Positions 8,612 to 17,379 of a stretch of 46,508 bases of DNA are shown piece after piece. Position numbers and translations under genes: made by a program. Numbering within the stretch: the stretch's first letter is position 1; every line of letters starts with the position of its first letter. Origin of the DNA: Desulfobacteria bacterium (lineage in GTDB: Archaea > Halobacteriota > Syntropharchaeia > Alkanophagales > Methanospirareceae); contig DATKXZ010000009.1 of assembly GCA_035528755.1 (NCBI GenBank), positions 1-46,508 on the forward strand, written 5' to 3'. The notes beneath the pieces were generated by a model that was given only the letters and a program-made list of their open reading frames with translations, ran no database searches and had not been told where the DNA came from.

Positions 8612-9070
8612 TTACCTCAACTCCTTTATCGTTGTGTCTATCCGCTTCTTCAGTGGCATCGGGTTATGAACGGCTTTGGCAACGAGCTTCTCGCACTCGA
8701 AATCGATCTGCCCCGCGAGGGTTTCCGCATCCCGCCCGAAGATGACCGCGAAGAGTTTCGCCTTTGATATGCTGCGGATAGTAGCGAGATACGATAACCC
8801 TGCATCGTTATGCACGAAAACGGCGCACAGATCGAAGTCCAATCGCTTCTCCGCAAGCGCCCCTATGCACTTATCCAGATTTTTCATCCGCTCTGCGTCT
8901 ACATAACATCCTCGTGGGTCAGAGACTTCCAAAAGACGGAGCGCAGCATCCGTTCCCGCAACGAAAACCTCCAGCCCCGCTTCTTTCAGCTCGCTCGCAA
9001 GGTAAAGCGCCGCGCCCGTCTGAACCGGCAGTTCCGGACACCCCAACAGCAGCAAAGCCTTTTTAATCAT
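8612..9070 (-). CDS. Methanogen-type conserved hypothetical protein (I recall DUF1890)
   Basis: 152-aa ORF. Its start overlaps the tfuA 3' end by 8 nt. The N-terminus MIKKALLLLGCPELPVQTGAALYLASELKEAGLEV suggests a Rossmann-like fold. The family name is from memory only. Confidence 0.55.
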   Translation of the reverse strand: MIKKALLLLGCPELPVQTGAALYLASELKEAGLEVFVAGTDAALRLLEVSDPRGCYVDAERMKNLDKCIGALAEKRLDFDLCAVFVHNDAGLSYLATIRSISKAKLFAVIFGRDAETLAGQIDFECEKLVAKAVHNPMPLKKRIDTTIKELR

Positions 9071-9719
9071 CCCCCTTCACCATCTCCTTTATCCGTTTCA
9101 ACGCTTCGATCGCGTCTGCTCGCTTCAAATCTATCCTTCTCTCGCTTAAAAATATCCGTAGCTGCGTCAAGTCCACCTTCAGTTCCGCCTCCACAGTTGA
9201 TAATAACCGCTCATAATCCCGTTCCGGGTAATACAACGATTTGGCAACCGTCAGCAGCTTTTCCTCCGCTTCTTTGCTTATGAGATCCGCCTTCTCGGCG
9301 AGGCCAAGATTGTAGCGTATATTCACGAGCGGTTCGGAGACCGGCGCAAGCGTCTCGGGATCGAAAAGCAACGCGACCTCATCGTCTGAAACCAGCTCGC
9401 CTTTCTTATATTGCTCATATATCGCCCCAACGCCCTCCATACCATAAAGATCGAGTTCAGAAGCCCGTAAAGCGCCCATACTCGAAGCTCCTATCACTTT
9501 CACACCGTTCTCCAACGCATACAGGATCTCACGATGCGCGATCGCACAGGCTTGAAAGAAGACACCGTCTATCAACCCGATAATCCGTGCCCCTTCTTTT
9601 ACCGCCATGAAAATGTCGCCTCGTGCTGCAGGAGGCTTGTAATCGGCATCCAGAATACCTTTCGCGGTTTCTGTATCAAGACTCGGTCCCAGGAATACGA
9701 CCACTTTGCTTTCGTGCAT
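9063..9719 (-). CDS. tfuA: TfuA-like protein (YcaO partner)
   Basis: 218 aa. VVFLGPSL...YKPPAARGDI...IGLIDGVF matches the TfuA N-terminal signature. It overlaps the ycaO 3' end by 44 nt. Confidence 0.85.
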   Translation of the reverse strand: MHESKVVVFLGPSLDTETAKGILDADYKPPAARGDIFMAVKEGARIIGLIDGVFFQACAIAHREILYALENGVKVIGASSMGALRASELDLYGMEGVGAIYEQYKKGELVSDDEVALLFDPETLAPVSEPLVNIRYNLGLAEKADLISKEAEEKLLTVAKSLYYPERDYERLLSTVEAELKVDLTQLRIFLSERRIDLKRADAIEALKRIKEMVKGDD

Positions 9720-10914
9720 CTCTGCACCTCCCCCCTATCCGCTCACCATCAACGCCGAACATCTCCAGGCCCGGCACGATCACTCGCACTACGGGCACGC
9801 CGATCTCCGCTCGCGTTAAATCCACCACGATCACTCGTTCTAATCCCGCAGCCCTTAACCGGGTCAGTACGTGCTGTATATCCTCGAGGAAATCATCGTT
9901 ATCCCGCGAAACGGAATCCAGCGCATCAAAATCCTCGCTATCCGCTATATCAAACCAGTGCTGGTTCTGCTTTCGCATCCACTCGTAGCCCATCACGCGC
10001 CTCAGGTCTGCGGTGGTCGTATCTTCCCTCGCGCCGTGTATCTGCGTGAGCCTGCTCTGTGCGACCTCCGTAATCGCTCGCTGTATCGCGACACGCGCAT
10101 TCGTATGCGTGCCCATCCCGATAGTGAGCAGCGTGGGGTCTTTCAGCATGATATCGTCCGAAACGGCTGCGAAAGTAGGTATACCGATGTTACTCGTTAT
10201 GTCCCGTACAAGCACGGAGACCTCAGCGTTCAGAAATTTATCGATAAGCGCGCGGATATCACCGCCGTCTACGTTCACCGTAGGGCCCGGCTTGCGCGTT
10301 ATTTCCACCAGAGACCACGCGTCACGTTCGATCACCTCAGCAAGCCCGTGAAAAATCGCCTCCTCCAGCTCGTTACCGCCCGCCAGCCCGTTCGTGTTCG
10401 TCCGGAACAGTCTGACCTTATCGTATCGAGAAGGTAATGGATGGAATACCGCATTCGCAGGCACATAGATCGCCTCCTCATTCATTAAATCGTAACCTTC
10501 CACCCACGGGATACGGACAGCCTCGACGTCCCGCACGTAATCGGGAAGAATCAACTCTCGCGGGTTTAATACGTTCTCGTGCCCATGCTCACGAAGTCCT
10601 GCATAGCTATCCACTAGAAGTTCCTGATCGCCGACTTCCGCGGAGTACCGTTCCACCGCCTCCATCATTGCGGACACTTTCGCCTCCGCCACCGTCGTTC
10701 CTTTGCCGTTATACACGGAAATGGCTCCGCCCTCTGCGGTTGGTCGTATGCTTGAGAATACCGGTATCCCGATTCTATCCAGTCCGGTTATATCCGCAAC
10801 GCGGGTAACACCAGCCACGGGCAACTTGGGATCCACACGAGCACAAGTCTCCTCCGGAGGCACTGCACGATGCGTCCCCTTCTTATAACCCTTGACACAG
10901 GACTTCAGTTTCAT
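9676..10914 (-). CDS. ycaO: YcaO-family ATP-dependent amide activator (methanogenesis marker 1 type)
   Basis: 412 aa. GKGTTVAEAKVSAMMEAVERYS and NGLAGGN are hallmark YcaO motifs. The gene is paired with tfuA. Confidence 0.9.
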   Translation of the reverse strand: MKLKSCVKGYKKGTHRAVPPEETCARVDPKLPVAGVTRVADITGLDRIGIPVFSSIRPTAEGGAISVYNGKGTTVAEAKVSAMMEAVERYSAEVGDQELLVDSYAGLREHGHENVLNPRELILPDYVRDVEAVRIPWVEGYDLMNEEAIYVPANAVFHPLPSRYDKVRLFRTNTNGLAGGNELEEAIFHGLAEVIERDAWSLVEITRKPGPTVNVDGGDIRALIDKFLNAEVSVLVRDITSNIGIPTFAAVSDDIMLKDPTLLTIGMGTHTNARVAIQRAITEVAQSRLTQIHGAREDTTTADLRRVMGYEWMRKQNQHWFDIADSEDFDALDSVSRDNDDFLEDIQHVLTRLRAAGLERVIVVDLTRAEIGVPVVRVIVPGLEMFGVDGERIGGRCRDARKQSGRIPGTES

Positions 10915-10959
10915 TCTTGCTGTTAAATAAATGAGTGTTAAACGCTTTAAGATATTATA

Positions 10960-11751
10960 TCAAATCAGCACAGCACCGTAGAAATCAGCACAATCGACGC
11001 ATTCCAGGTTCCTCTCAACCACAAACTCCTCCATCCTTGTATCCAGGCCATCCCAGACCAGGAGCCTGTTGGTCAGCAGCTCTCCCACGCCCACTATATA
11101 TTTCACCACTTCAGTCGCCTGTATACAGCCGATAACGCCGCAGGTAGCGCCGAGTATCGGGAACGTTTCTGGTGGATACTCTTCCGGGAAGAGGCACCGT
11201 AAGCACGCGGTCTTTCCGGGTATTATCGTGGTCGCCTGGCCTTCGAATCCGTACACCCCGCCATGAAAGAGCGGTATATCCTTCTCTAACGCAACCCGGT
11301 TGAGCAAGTAGCGCGTTTGAAAGTTATCCATCGCGTCAACGATCGCATCAGAATCGCCAACGATCTCCGCAACGTTCTCTTCTACTATCCGCTGACTCGC
11401 CACCACCACTTCCACTTCTGAATTCATCTGGGAGAGTTTCTCTTCAAAAGATTCCGCTTTACTCTTACCGATATCCTTCTCCCAGTGCAATATCTGGCGG
11501 TTTAAGTTGCTCAACTCCACCGTATCATCATCAATGATCCGTATCCTTCCAACTCCAGCAACCGTCAGATACGTCGCGGATACCGAGCCAAGCCCGCCAG
11601 CGCCCGCTATGGTAATTGTTGCCTTTTTAAGCTTCCTCTGACCCTCTTCTCCAAATATCTTTATTTGTCTCGCGTATCGCGCTAATTCAGCTTCATCTAC
11701 CGCAGCAGCAGCCACCGCATCCACTCCCCTCAATCCTTTTATAGAAGCCAT
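10960..11751 (-). CDS. ThiF/MoeB/HesA-family E1-like adenylyltransferase
   Basis: The ORF track starts at a GTG at 11811. I prefer the ATG at 11751 (MASIKGLRG...). Motifs are ITIAGAGGLGS (nucleotide-binding loop), DDDTVELSNLNRQ and CxxC pairs (CLRC, CVDC). Confidence 0.8.
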   Translation of the reverse strand: MASIKGLRGVDAVAAAAVDEAELARYARQIKIFGEEGQRKLKKATITIAGAGGLGSVSATYLTVAGVGRIRIIDDDTVELSNLNRQILHWEKDIGKSKAESFEEKLSQMNSEVEVVVASQRIVEENVAEIVGDSDAIVDAMDNFQTRYLLNRVALEKDIPLFHGGVYGFEGQATTIIPGKTACLRCLFPEEYPPETFPILGATCGVIGCIQATEVVKYIVGVGELLTNRLLVWDGLDTRMEEFVVERNLECVDCADFYGAVLI

Positions 11752-11836
11752 AGCAATCGCGGCACATCTGTCGCCCGTAGAGTTCCATCGGGTTCTCCGT
11801 TTCCTCGCCACACAGTTCGCATTTCACCATTTTCAT
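11696..11836 (-). CDS. Candidate 46-aa zinc-ribbon ORF, ATGA-coupled to the NifU-like stop and overlapping the ThiF-like start in another frame
   Basis: My own translation gives MKMVKCELCGEETENPMELYGRQMCRDCYGFYKRIEGSGCGGCCCGR*. Its ATG (11836-11834) shares a base with the TGA stop of the upstream gene (11838-11836). The tail overlaps the ThiF-like frame, so it may be spurious. Confidence 0.35.
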
Positions 11837-12096
11837 CACCGCCTCATTGCCGTTTCCCAACGCTCTCTGGGATCGTTGGCCGAGATTACTTTCTTCACTT
11901 CCGGAATCCTGGCTTTCAGCGTCGCTTCAACGAAGTTCACCAGCGTGAATTGGCTCATTGGGCATCCTGCACATGCTCCCTGTAACTGAACCTTCACCAC
12001 ACCGTCATCCACGCTCACCAGTTCGATACTGCCACCCTCCAGCGCTAATAATGGCTTTATCTCTTTCTCGATTACTTCCTTCACTTCTTCGATCAT
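11836..12096 (-). CDS. NifU C-terminal-domain (Nfu-type) Fe-S scaffold protein
   Basis: 86 aa. IKPLLALEGGSIELVSVDDGVVKVQLQGACAGCPMSQFTL contains the CxxC Nfu signature. Confidence 0.85.
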   Translation of the reverse strand: MIEEVKEVIEKEIKPLLALEGGSIELVSVDDGVVKVQLQGACAGCPMSQFTLVNFVEATLKARIPEVKKVISANDPRERWETAMRR

Positions 12097-12351
12097 TTAT
12101 ACCACTTATCACTATAGCGATTGTTATATAAAAATACGGTATTTTTAAGAGAGCGGGTCAAAGAAAGGCTCTTTGCACGGTGCCGTTCGTAAACCAGTTC
12201 ATCACGAAGACTCACAGAACCCCCGTGAGGTAGGTCATCGTTGCCTTTCTGGTGGAGCGGAGCATACAAAGGATGCTTTTGGGGCTCTTAAATTCCGCTA
12301 TGAGCTGGAGGAGAATACGAAAAGTCGAGAATTGATGACGTACGTTTATAC

Positions 12352-13551
12352 TTATGACCGAGCGATAAGGATCTTCGCGAGGTATTTAGCCAGGGCGACG
12401 ATCGTCAGTATAGGCGGGGCACCGGGAGATGCGGGAAGAACCGATGCGTCCGCGACGTACAACCCGTTTATTTCGGTTGCCAGGCTTGTATCCACCGCTT
12501 CACCGATTCGCGCTGTTCCGCCCGGATGCGCGCCCCGTAACGGCGTGGAGACAAAGGTCCTGGAGTCGGCACCGGCTTCCTCTAACAGAGCGCCTGCAAT
12601 AGCCGTTCCCTCTGCGATCCGAACTGCATCCCTGTTCGTTATACCTTTCTCCACGTCGTCATCCACTGCTCCCACTTCCTCGTCTTTTATCTTCACCATT
12701 AGCCCGAGTACATCCTCCTGAGAGGCCTTTACCCTCTTCTCTTCCATTCTCTTCACCAGGTGCTTGGAAAAATGCGGAGAGAGCATGAAATTCTCGAGTG
12801 CGATAAGAGCATTCATTGTCACTTCCCCGTTCTGCTTTATTCCTTCGAGAACGCCGCCGATGGTGACGAAGGTGTCAACGAAGAGGTTTGGCGTGGTCGG
12901 CAGTCCCTGCTTTTTAAGCAGCCGTGGCGTTTCCAGCGCGCCTGCGGCGAGCACGACAATATCGGCTGAGATGACCTTATCCTTGCTTATCACACCAATT
13001 ACGTCGCCTTTTTTTACCATTATGTCGTCAACGGTCCGATCTGTCAGTACCTCTGCACCGTTCCGTTCCGCCTCCTTTACAAAAGCGAGTGCACTCCATT
13101 TCGCACTGTTCGGGCAGCCGGATGCGCACTTACCGCACGGTACGCATTTCGCAGGATCGATAAATTTTGGCATCTTCTCCACGGGGAATCCAAGCTTCTC
13201 AGCAGCCGCCATAATCTTTTTGGTGCCGTCGCCGAAGTGCGAATCGGGAAGGGTTCGTACACCAAGCTCTCGCTCCGCTTCCGCGAACTCCTCATGCAGA
13301 TCGAGCCCCAGCACCCTTAACTCCTTTTCCAGAACCCGCACGCCGTTTCCCCCTGATACCATAGTGGTACCACCTAAACAGCAGGTCCTCAGAATCCTCA
13401 TCTCGGAGCCGACATTTGCATAGTATTGCGAGACGTCTCTTTCGTCTATCGCAGGACCTTTCTCTATAAGGAGTACCTCAATGCCTTTAGCGGATAGCTC
13501 TTTTGCTGCCGTAGCTCCGCCGGCGCCCGAGCCCACAACTATTGCCCGCAT
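12352..13551 (-). CDS. FAD-dependent oxidoreductase (GMC-like)
   Basis: 399 aa. The N-terminal VVGSGAGGATAAKELSAKGIEVLLIEKG is a dinucleotide-binding motif. There is an internal CVPCGKCASGCP cluster. The C-terminal GTARIG...LYVADASVLP resembles GMC-family enzymes. Confidence 0.75.
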   Translation of the reverse strand: MRAIVVGSGAGGATAAKELSAKGIEVLLIEKGPAIDERDVSQYYANVGSEMRILRTCCLGGTTMVSGGNGVRVLEKELRVLGLDLHEEFAEAERELGVRTLPDSHFGDGTKKIMAAAEKLGFPVEKMPKFIDPAKCVPCGKCASGCPNSAKWSALAFVKEAERNGAEVLTDRTVDDIMVKKGDVIGVISKDKVISADIVVLAAGALETPRLLKKQGLPTTPNLFVDTFVTIGGVLEGIKQNGEVTMNALIALENFMLSPHFSKHLVKRMEEKRVKASQEDVLGLMVKIKDEEVGAVDDDVEKGITNRDAVRIAEGTAIAGALLEEAGADSRTFVSTPLRGAHPGGTARIGEAVDTSLATEINGLYVADASVLPASPGAPPILTIVALAKYLAKILIARS

Positions 13552-13708
13552 CGTTGGTTCTCTCTTTTTATAAGAGTGTAATAAGGGTGAAGGGGTAATG
13601 AAATTAGCGACGATAGTGAAAACTTCCTTTAGAGAGTTTTGATTTACCGTTCTTGCCAGCCCCCGTCTTCATCCACTTTTTGGATGTGTTTTTTGCACGA
13701 CGCGGTAT

Positions 13709-14311
13709 CTATTCCGCGTCATGTTGATACGGTGCCGTCGAGCAAACCTGTTCGATGAAGCGCGTCCAGTCCACTGATCCTGGCTTGTACTTCTCTCTGA
13801 GCGCTTCCCTTCTCTCGCTTCCGCTTTCTTCTTCACTCTCAGCCTCTACCTCAGCATCAATGATCGCACGCACTACAGCAGCTACGTCTTCTACGCTCTT
13901 ACCCGTTGTATCCACTTCATAAACAATGTCGCACAGCTCTACCGCTTCTGCCAGTATAATATCCAGCGTTTCCGCTTCCACGTTCTCCTGTATCTTCTGC
14001 GGTGGAAACCCCTTCTGCTCCAGCCGGTCGGTAAGCACGGACGGCTTTGCACGCAGCACGACTGCAACATCAGGCTTCAGAAGATGAGCTAAGTGACTCT
14101 CGGCTATTATTACCGACAGCCTTTCTTCTTTATGCCGCACGTATTCGTTCAGTTTATCAAGATCCGCGATTAAACACCCCCTCTGGGTATCCACGCCGGT
14201 AAAAAAGCCTTTCTCCTCTATGATGCTATTCAGATCCGTATATTCAAGTCCGCATGCCTTACATACGCTTGTCTTTCCCGTACCGGGCGTTCCGGTGATG
14301 GCGAGAATCAT
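13709..14311 (-). CDS. Adenylate kinase isoenzyme 6 / Fap7-like NTPase
   Basis: 200 aa. It has the P-loop MILAITGTPGTGKTS and an acidic C-terminal extension. Confidence 0.75.
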   Translation of the reverse strand: MILAITGTPGTGKTSVCKACGLEYTDLNSIIEEKGFFTGVDTQRGCLIADLDKLNEYVRHKEERLSVIIAESHLAHLLKPDVAVVLRAKPSVLTDRLEQKGFPPQKIQENVEAETLDIILAEAVELCDIVYEVDTTGKSVEDVAAVVRAIIDAEVEAESEEESGSERREALREKYKPGSVDWTRFIEQVCSTAPYQHDAE

Positions 14312-14648
14312 ATTATGGTTAGAGAAGGGAGCTTTATCAAGAAGATTATTTAATCACAGCAAAGCAAAACAAACGCGAACCCTGTAACGAAAAACGCAAA
14401 GAAAAGCGAAACTGATATAAAGCACGAGCGTCAAAAATATCACACTCATCTCGTTCGGATGAGAGCGCTTACGGCATGGCGCTTTATAAGTGATGTCGAA
14501 AAACCGAAAAAGATAAAAATATATAGAAGACTCTAGTAAAGGATAGAATAGAGAACAAGGGGGAAAAGGGAGATGAAGCTAAAGGCGAAGGTGAAAGGGC
14601 AAGGTAGGAGTGCCACTGGCACTTCGAACCGCACGCTGAACCGAAAAC

Positions 14649-14690
14649 TTTATATACCCCCTTTTCTATTGGAAAAAAATTAGGAGGTGA
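14649..14690 (+). promoter_or_regulatory. Putative TATA box (tttatata, 14649-14656) and Shine-Dalgarno (aggaggtga, 14682-14690) for the surface-protein gene
   Basis: Read directly from the sequence. The SD contains the GTG that the ORF track uses as the start, which favours the ATG at 14702 as the real start. Confidence 0.5.
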
Positions 14691-14701
14691 AAAGTAAAAA
14701 A

Positions 14702-16960
14702 ATGAAAACAAAGATAATAGGCATTACACTGGCAGTAATCATGCTCGCTTCGATCTTCGGCGCTATGGTTCCTTCAACGTTGGCTACTGTAAAGCCTGCT
14801 ACACAAGTAATGACGAGCTATAATCAGACGTTTACGGTGAACTTAGACCATGTAACCCTTTGGTTGGATGGACAAGCTAGTGCCGTAGTCGTCGGTCAAC
14901 TCATAGTATTCAATAAAGATGGCGGTGCTGATGTCGCCCAAGTAACGTTGACGGGTGTCGAAGGTACTGATACCGAAGGAGAAGTTGTATTCTCAGACAA
15001 TACAGGAAAACTCGACACCACAGGACTCGAAAGGGGCCCGTATGATGCTACAGCCGATGGTGCCACTGCAACAAGAATTAACATAGGTACTGCTCGTGGC
15101 GAACTAGACCTTCGAGATACGGCAGACACGAAAACTATATCAAGCGTAACCCAAGGGAGTCCGTTTAGAGTGAAGTTTACACATTCGTTGGATGGCAATG
15201 ATGGCGTAAGTTTGAAAGTTTCAGGTCCTGCAGACTACAAACAAAATCCCGCGGATAAGAAAGTGTTCGAGAAGATAAACGTGAGTTCCATAACTGGAGA
15301 TAATGCAATAATCGATACAGATGGTTGGAGTTTAGGTACCTATACCATATACATTAAAACGGATGAGCAGTATGCACGCGGATTAGCTTTATCGACCAAC
15401 GAAAAGGAGATAACTGTGATGTCAGGTAAGATTGCCATAGCAGCAGATACAACAGAAGTGACAAAAGGATCAAAGGTGAAAATAACCGTGACTGGCGTAG
15501 CAGGTGACACAATAAAAGTTACCGCGGATGAGGGGGAATTCCCGGTCGGTGAAAATGACAATCCGAACACCGCAGTAGCCAATAACTTTGAACACACCAT
15601 AGATTCTGATGGCGTAAGAGCGTATATTGTTAAATTTGTAGATACCGGTTCAAAGAAGGTGAAGGTTGAAGTTATTGCTGGTAACCAGGTAGGTAAGGAT
15701 GCTAGTGTTACTATAACAGTAAAGAAAAAAACGGTAACATTCGATGTTCCATCGACAGCAATAATCGGTGAGGAAGTTACGATAGCTGGTGCTATAAGTT
15801 CAGGGACTGATGTGGATATCGTCATCGAGGATGCAGAGAAGGTATTCGACGACGAACCGGTAGATGAGAACAAGGAGTTCTCAGTGAAGTGGGATACCTC
15901 AAAATTGACAAAGGGCTCTTACAAGATCGAGGTATTCATTACCTCTGACATAGATACCGAAGATCCTGTGAGCTACAAAGGTGAAGATGAAGACGGCTCA
16001 ATAACGATACGGTTAACCACAGGAGAACTTACTGCTGAGCAGGCGAGAAACGTCATTGCAGAAGACGATGACTATACCTTAAAGGGAACGGCAACCGGTG
16101 TAGATAACGTGGATATAGTGCTTATCGGGCCAAAGGGATCGAAGGGTGGAGCCATCGATGACGTGAAAAAGGGGCTTTTAATAACCGATGCATCAGTAAC
16201 TGATGACGAGTTCTCCGAGGATATTGGGATGGACGAAGGTTTAGATACGGGCACGTGGATAGCGTTGGTTCTCACACCTGGACGTGATGCTGTATATGGA
16301 GACTTAACGGATAAAGTCGGGGATCCCCTTGACGCAGGTAAATTAAAAACAGCAGACCTTGACTTCACAGGTAAGGATCAAAGTCAGATTCTGGCAATAA
16401 TCAATGACAGAACGGTTAGTGTAGCAGGAAGTGATGATATAATGGAGCCGTTATCCTTCAAGGTTGAGTCCGGGTACGTGAGATTCGATCCCATCGAGTC
16501 CGTAGGAGTTGGAGATCCTTTGAACATAACGGGCAAGACCAACAGAGAGCCGGATACCACGATAACCATTTCGACCTTTGCGGGACCAACCGACCTGCCT
16601 GCAGCTATTTCAAAAGTCGCGTGGGAAACTAAGGATAACGGTGTATTCTCCGCGACCATCGACACCACTGATGCTAAGGAAGGTACGTATACCTTGCAGG
16701 CAGATGACGGCGATGGGAACACGGATACCGTAACGGTGACGATTGGCGCAGCTGCACCAGCGACACCGGCACCAACCACAGCACCAACCACAGCACCAAC
16801 CGCAGCACCAACCGCACCACCACCAGTAACAACGCCAACACCAACCGCAGCACCAACCGCAGCACCAACAACAACGCCTGAAGAACCAGGCTTTGAAGCG
16901 GTGTTCGCAATTGCAGGCTTGTTAGCTGTAGCTTACCTCGTACTGAGGATAAAGAAGTAA
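14702..16960 (+). CDS. Secreted cell-surface (S-layer-like) protein with Pro/Thr linker and PGF-CTERM archaeosortase sorting signal
   Basis: The signal peptide is MKTKIIGITLAVIMLASIFGAMVPSTLA. The body is long, acidic and beta-rich. The C-terminus APATPAPTTAPTTAPTAAPTAPPPVTTPTPTAAPTAAPTTTPEEPGFEAVFAIAGLLAVAYLVLRIKK shows a PGF motif, a TM helix and a basic tail. Confidence 0.85.
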   Translation: MKTKIIGITLAVIMLASIFGAMVPSTLATVKPATQVMTSYNQTFTVNLDHVTLWLDGQASAVVVGQLIVFNKDGGADVAQVTLTGVEGTDTEGEVVFSDNTGKLDTTGLERGPYDATADGATATRINIGTARGELDLRDTADTKTISSVTQGSPFRVKFTHSLDGNDGVSLKVSGPADYKQNPADKKVFEKINVSSITGDNAIIDTDGWSLGTYTIYIKTDEQYARGLALSTNEKEITVMSGKIAIAADTTEVTKGSKVKITVTGVAGDTIKVTADEGEFPVGENDNPNTAVANNFEHTIDSDGVRAYIVKFVDTGSKKVKVEVIAGNQVGKDASVTITVKKKTVTFDVPSTAIIGEEVTIAGAISSGTDVDIVIEDAEKVFDDEPVDENKEFSVKWDTSKLTKGSYKIEVFITSDIDTEDPVSYKGEDEDGSITIRLTTGELTAEQARNVIAEDDDYTLKGTATGVDNVDIVLIGPKGSKGGAIDDVKKGLLITDASVTDDEFSEDIGMDEGLDTGTWIALVLTPGRDAVYGDLTDKVGDPLDAGKLKTADLDFTGKDQSQILAIINDRTVSVAGSDDIMEPLSFKVESGYVRFDPIESVGVGDPLNITGKTNREPDTTITISTFAGPTDLPAAISKVAWETKDNGVFSATIDTTDAKEGTYTLQADDGDGNTDTVTVTIGAAAPATPAPTTAPTTAPTAAPTAPPPVTTPTPTAAPTAAPTTTPEEPGFEAVFAIAGLLAVAYLVLRIKK
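16751..16878 (+). repeat. Imperfect tandem repeat (gcaccaacc[a/g]ca units) encoding the Pro/Thr/Ala linker
   Basis: Seen directly in accaaccacagcaccaaccacagcaccaaccgcagcaccaaccgcaccaccacca...ccaaccgcagcaccaaccgcagcaccaaca. Confidence 0.8.
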
Positions 16961-16998
16961 AACCAAACCAACCACAAGTAAAAAGAAAAAAGGTTTTT

Positions 16999-17039
16999 GG
17001 AGGGGATTTTTTTATCCCTCTCTTTTTTGTTTTTTTTTC
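16999..17039 (+). terminator. Hairpin plus long oligo-T tract downstream of the surface-protein gene
   Basis: ggaggggat-tttttt-atccctctc is followed by ttttttgttttttttt. Oligo-T tracts act as archaeal termination signals. Confidence 0.5.
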
Positions 17040-17379
17040 TCTCTTACAAACCTTTTAGAAAAAGGTTCGATCCAACCATCTGAGTTTCTTTGATCCAACT
17101 TTCTTTGTTTTGTGAAAGAAAGTTTGAGGTCTGGCCCCTTATAAAGAAAACCTGTGCTAAAAAAGAGAAAAACAGAAATATTCTTTTGTTAAAACTTTTC
17201 TGTCTAAGAAAAGGTTTGTGCTAAGGAAAAAACTAAAAGGCCATTCTAACTTTGATTAAACTTTCTTTGTGCGGAGTAGAAAAGAGAAGATGAAGTTTAC
17301 ATCACTCCGCAGCTCGCACACGTCAAATACTCATAGTTTAACTATCCTCTTACTCTAGGGTAAAATGTGAGAGGCTACG

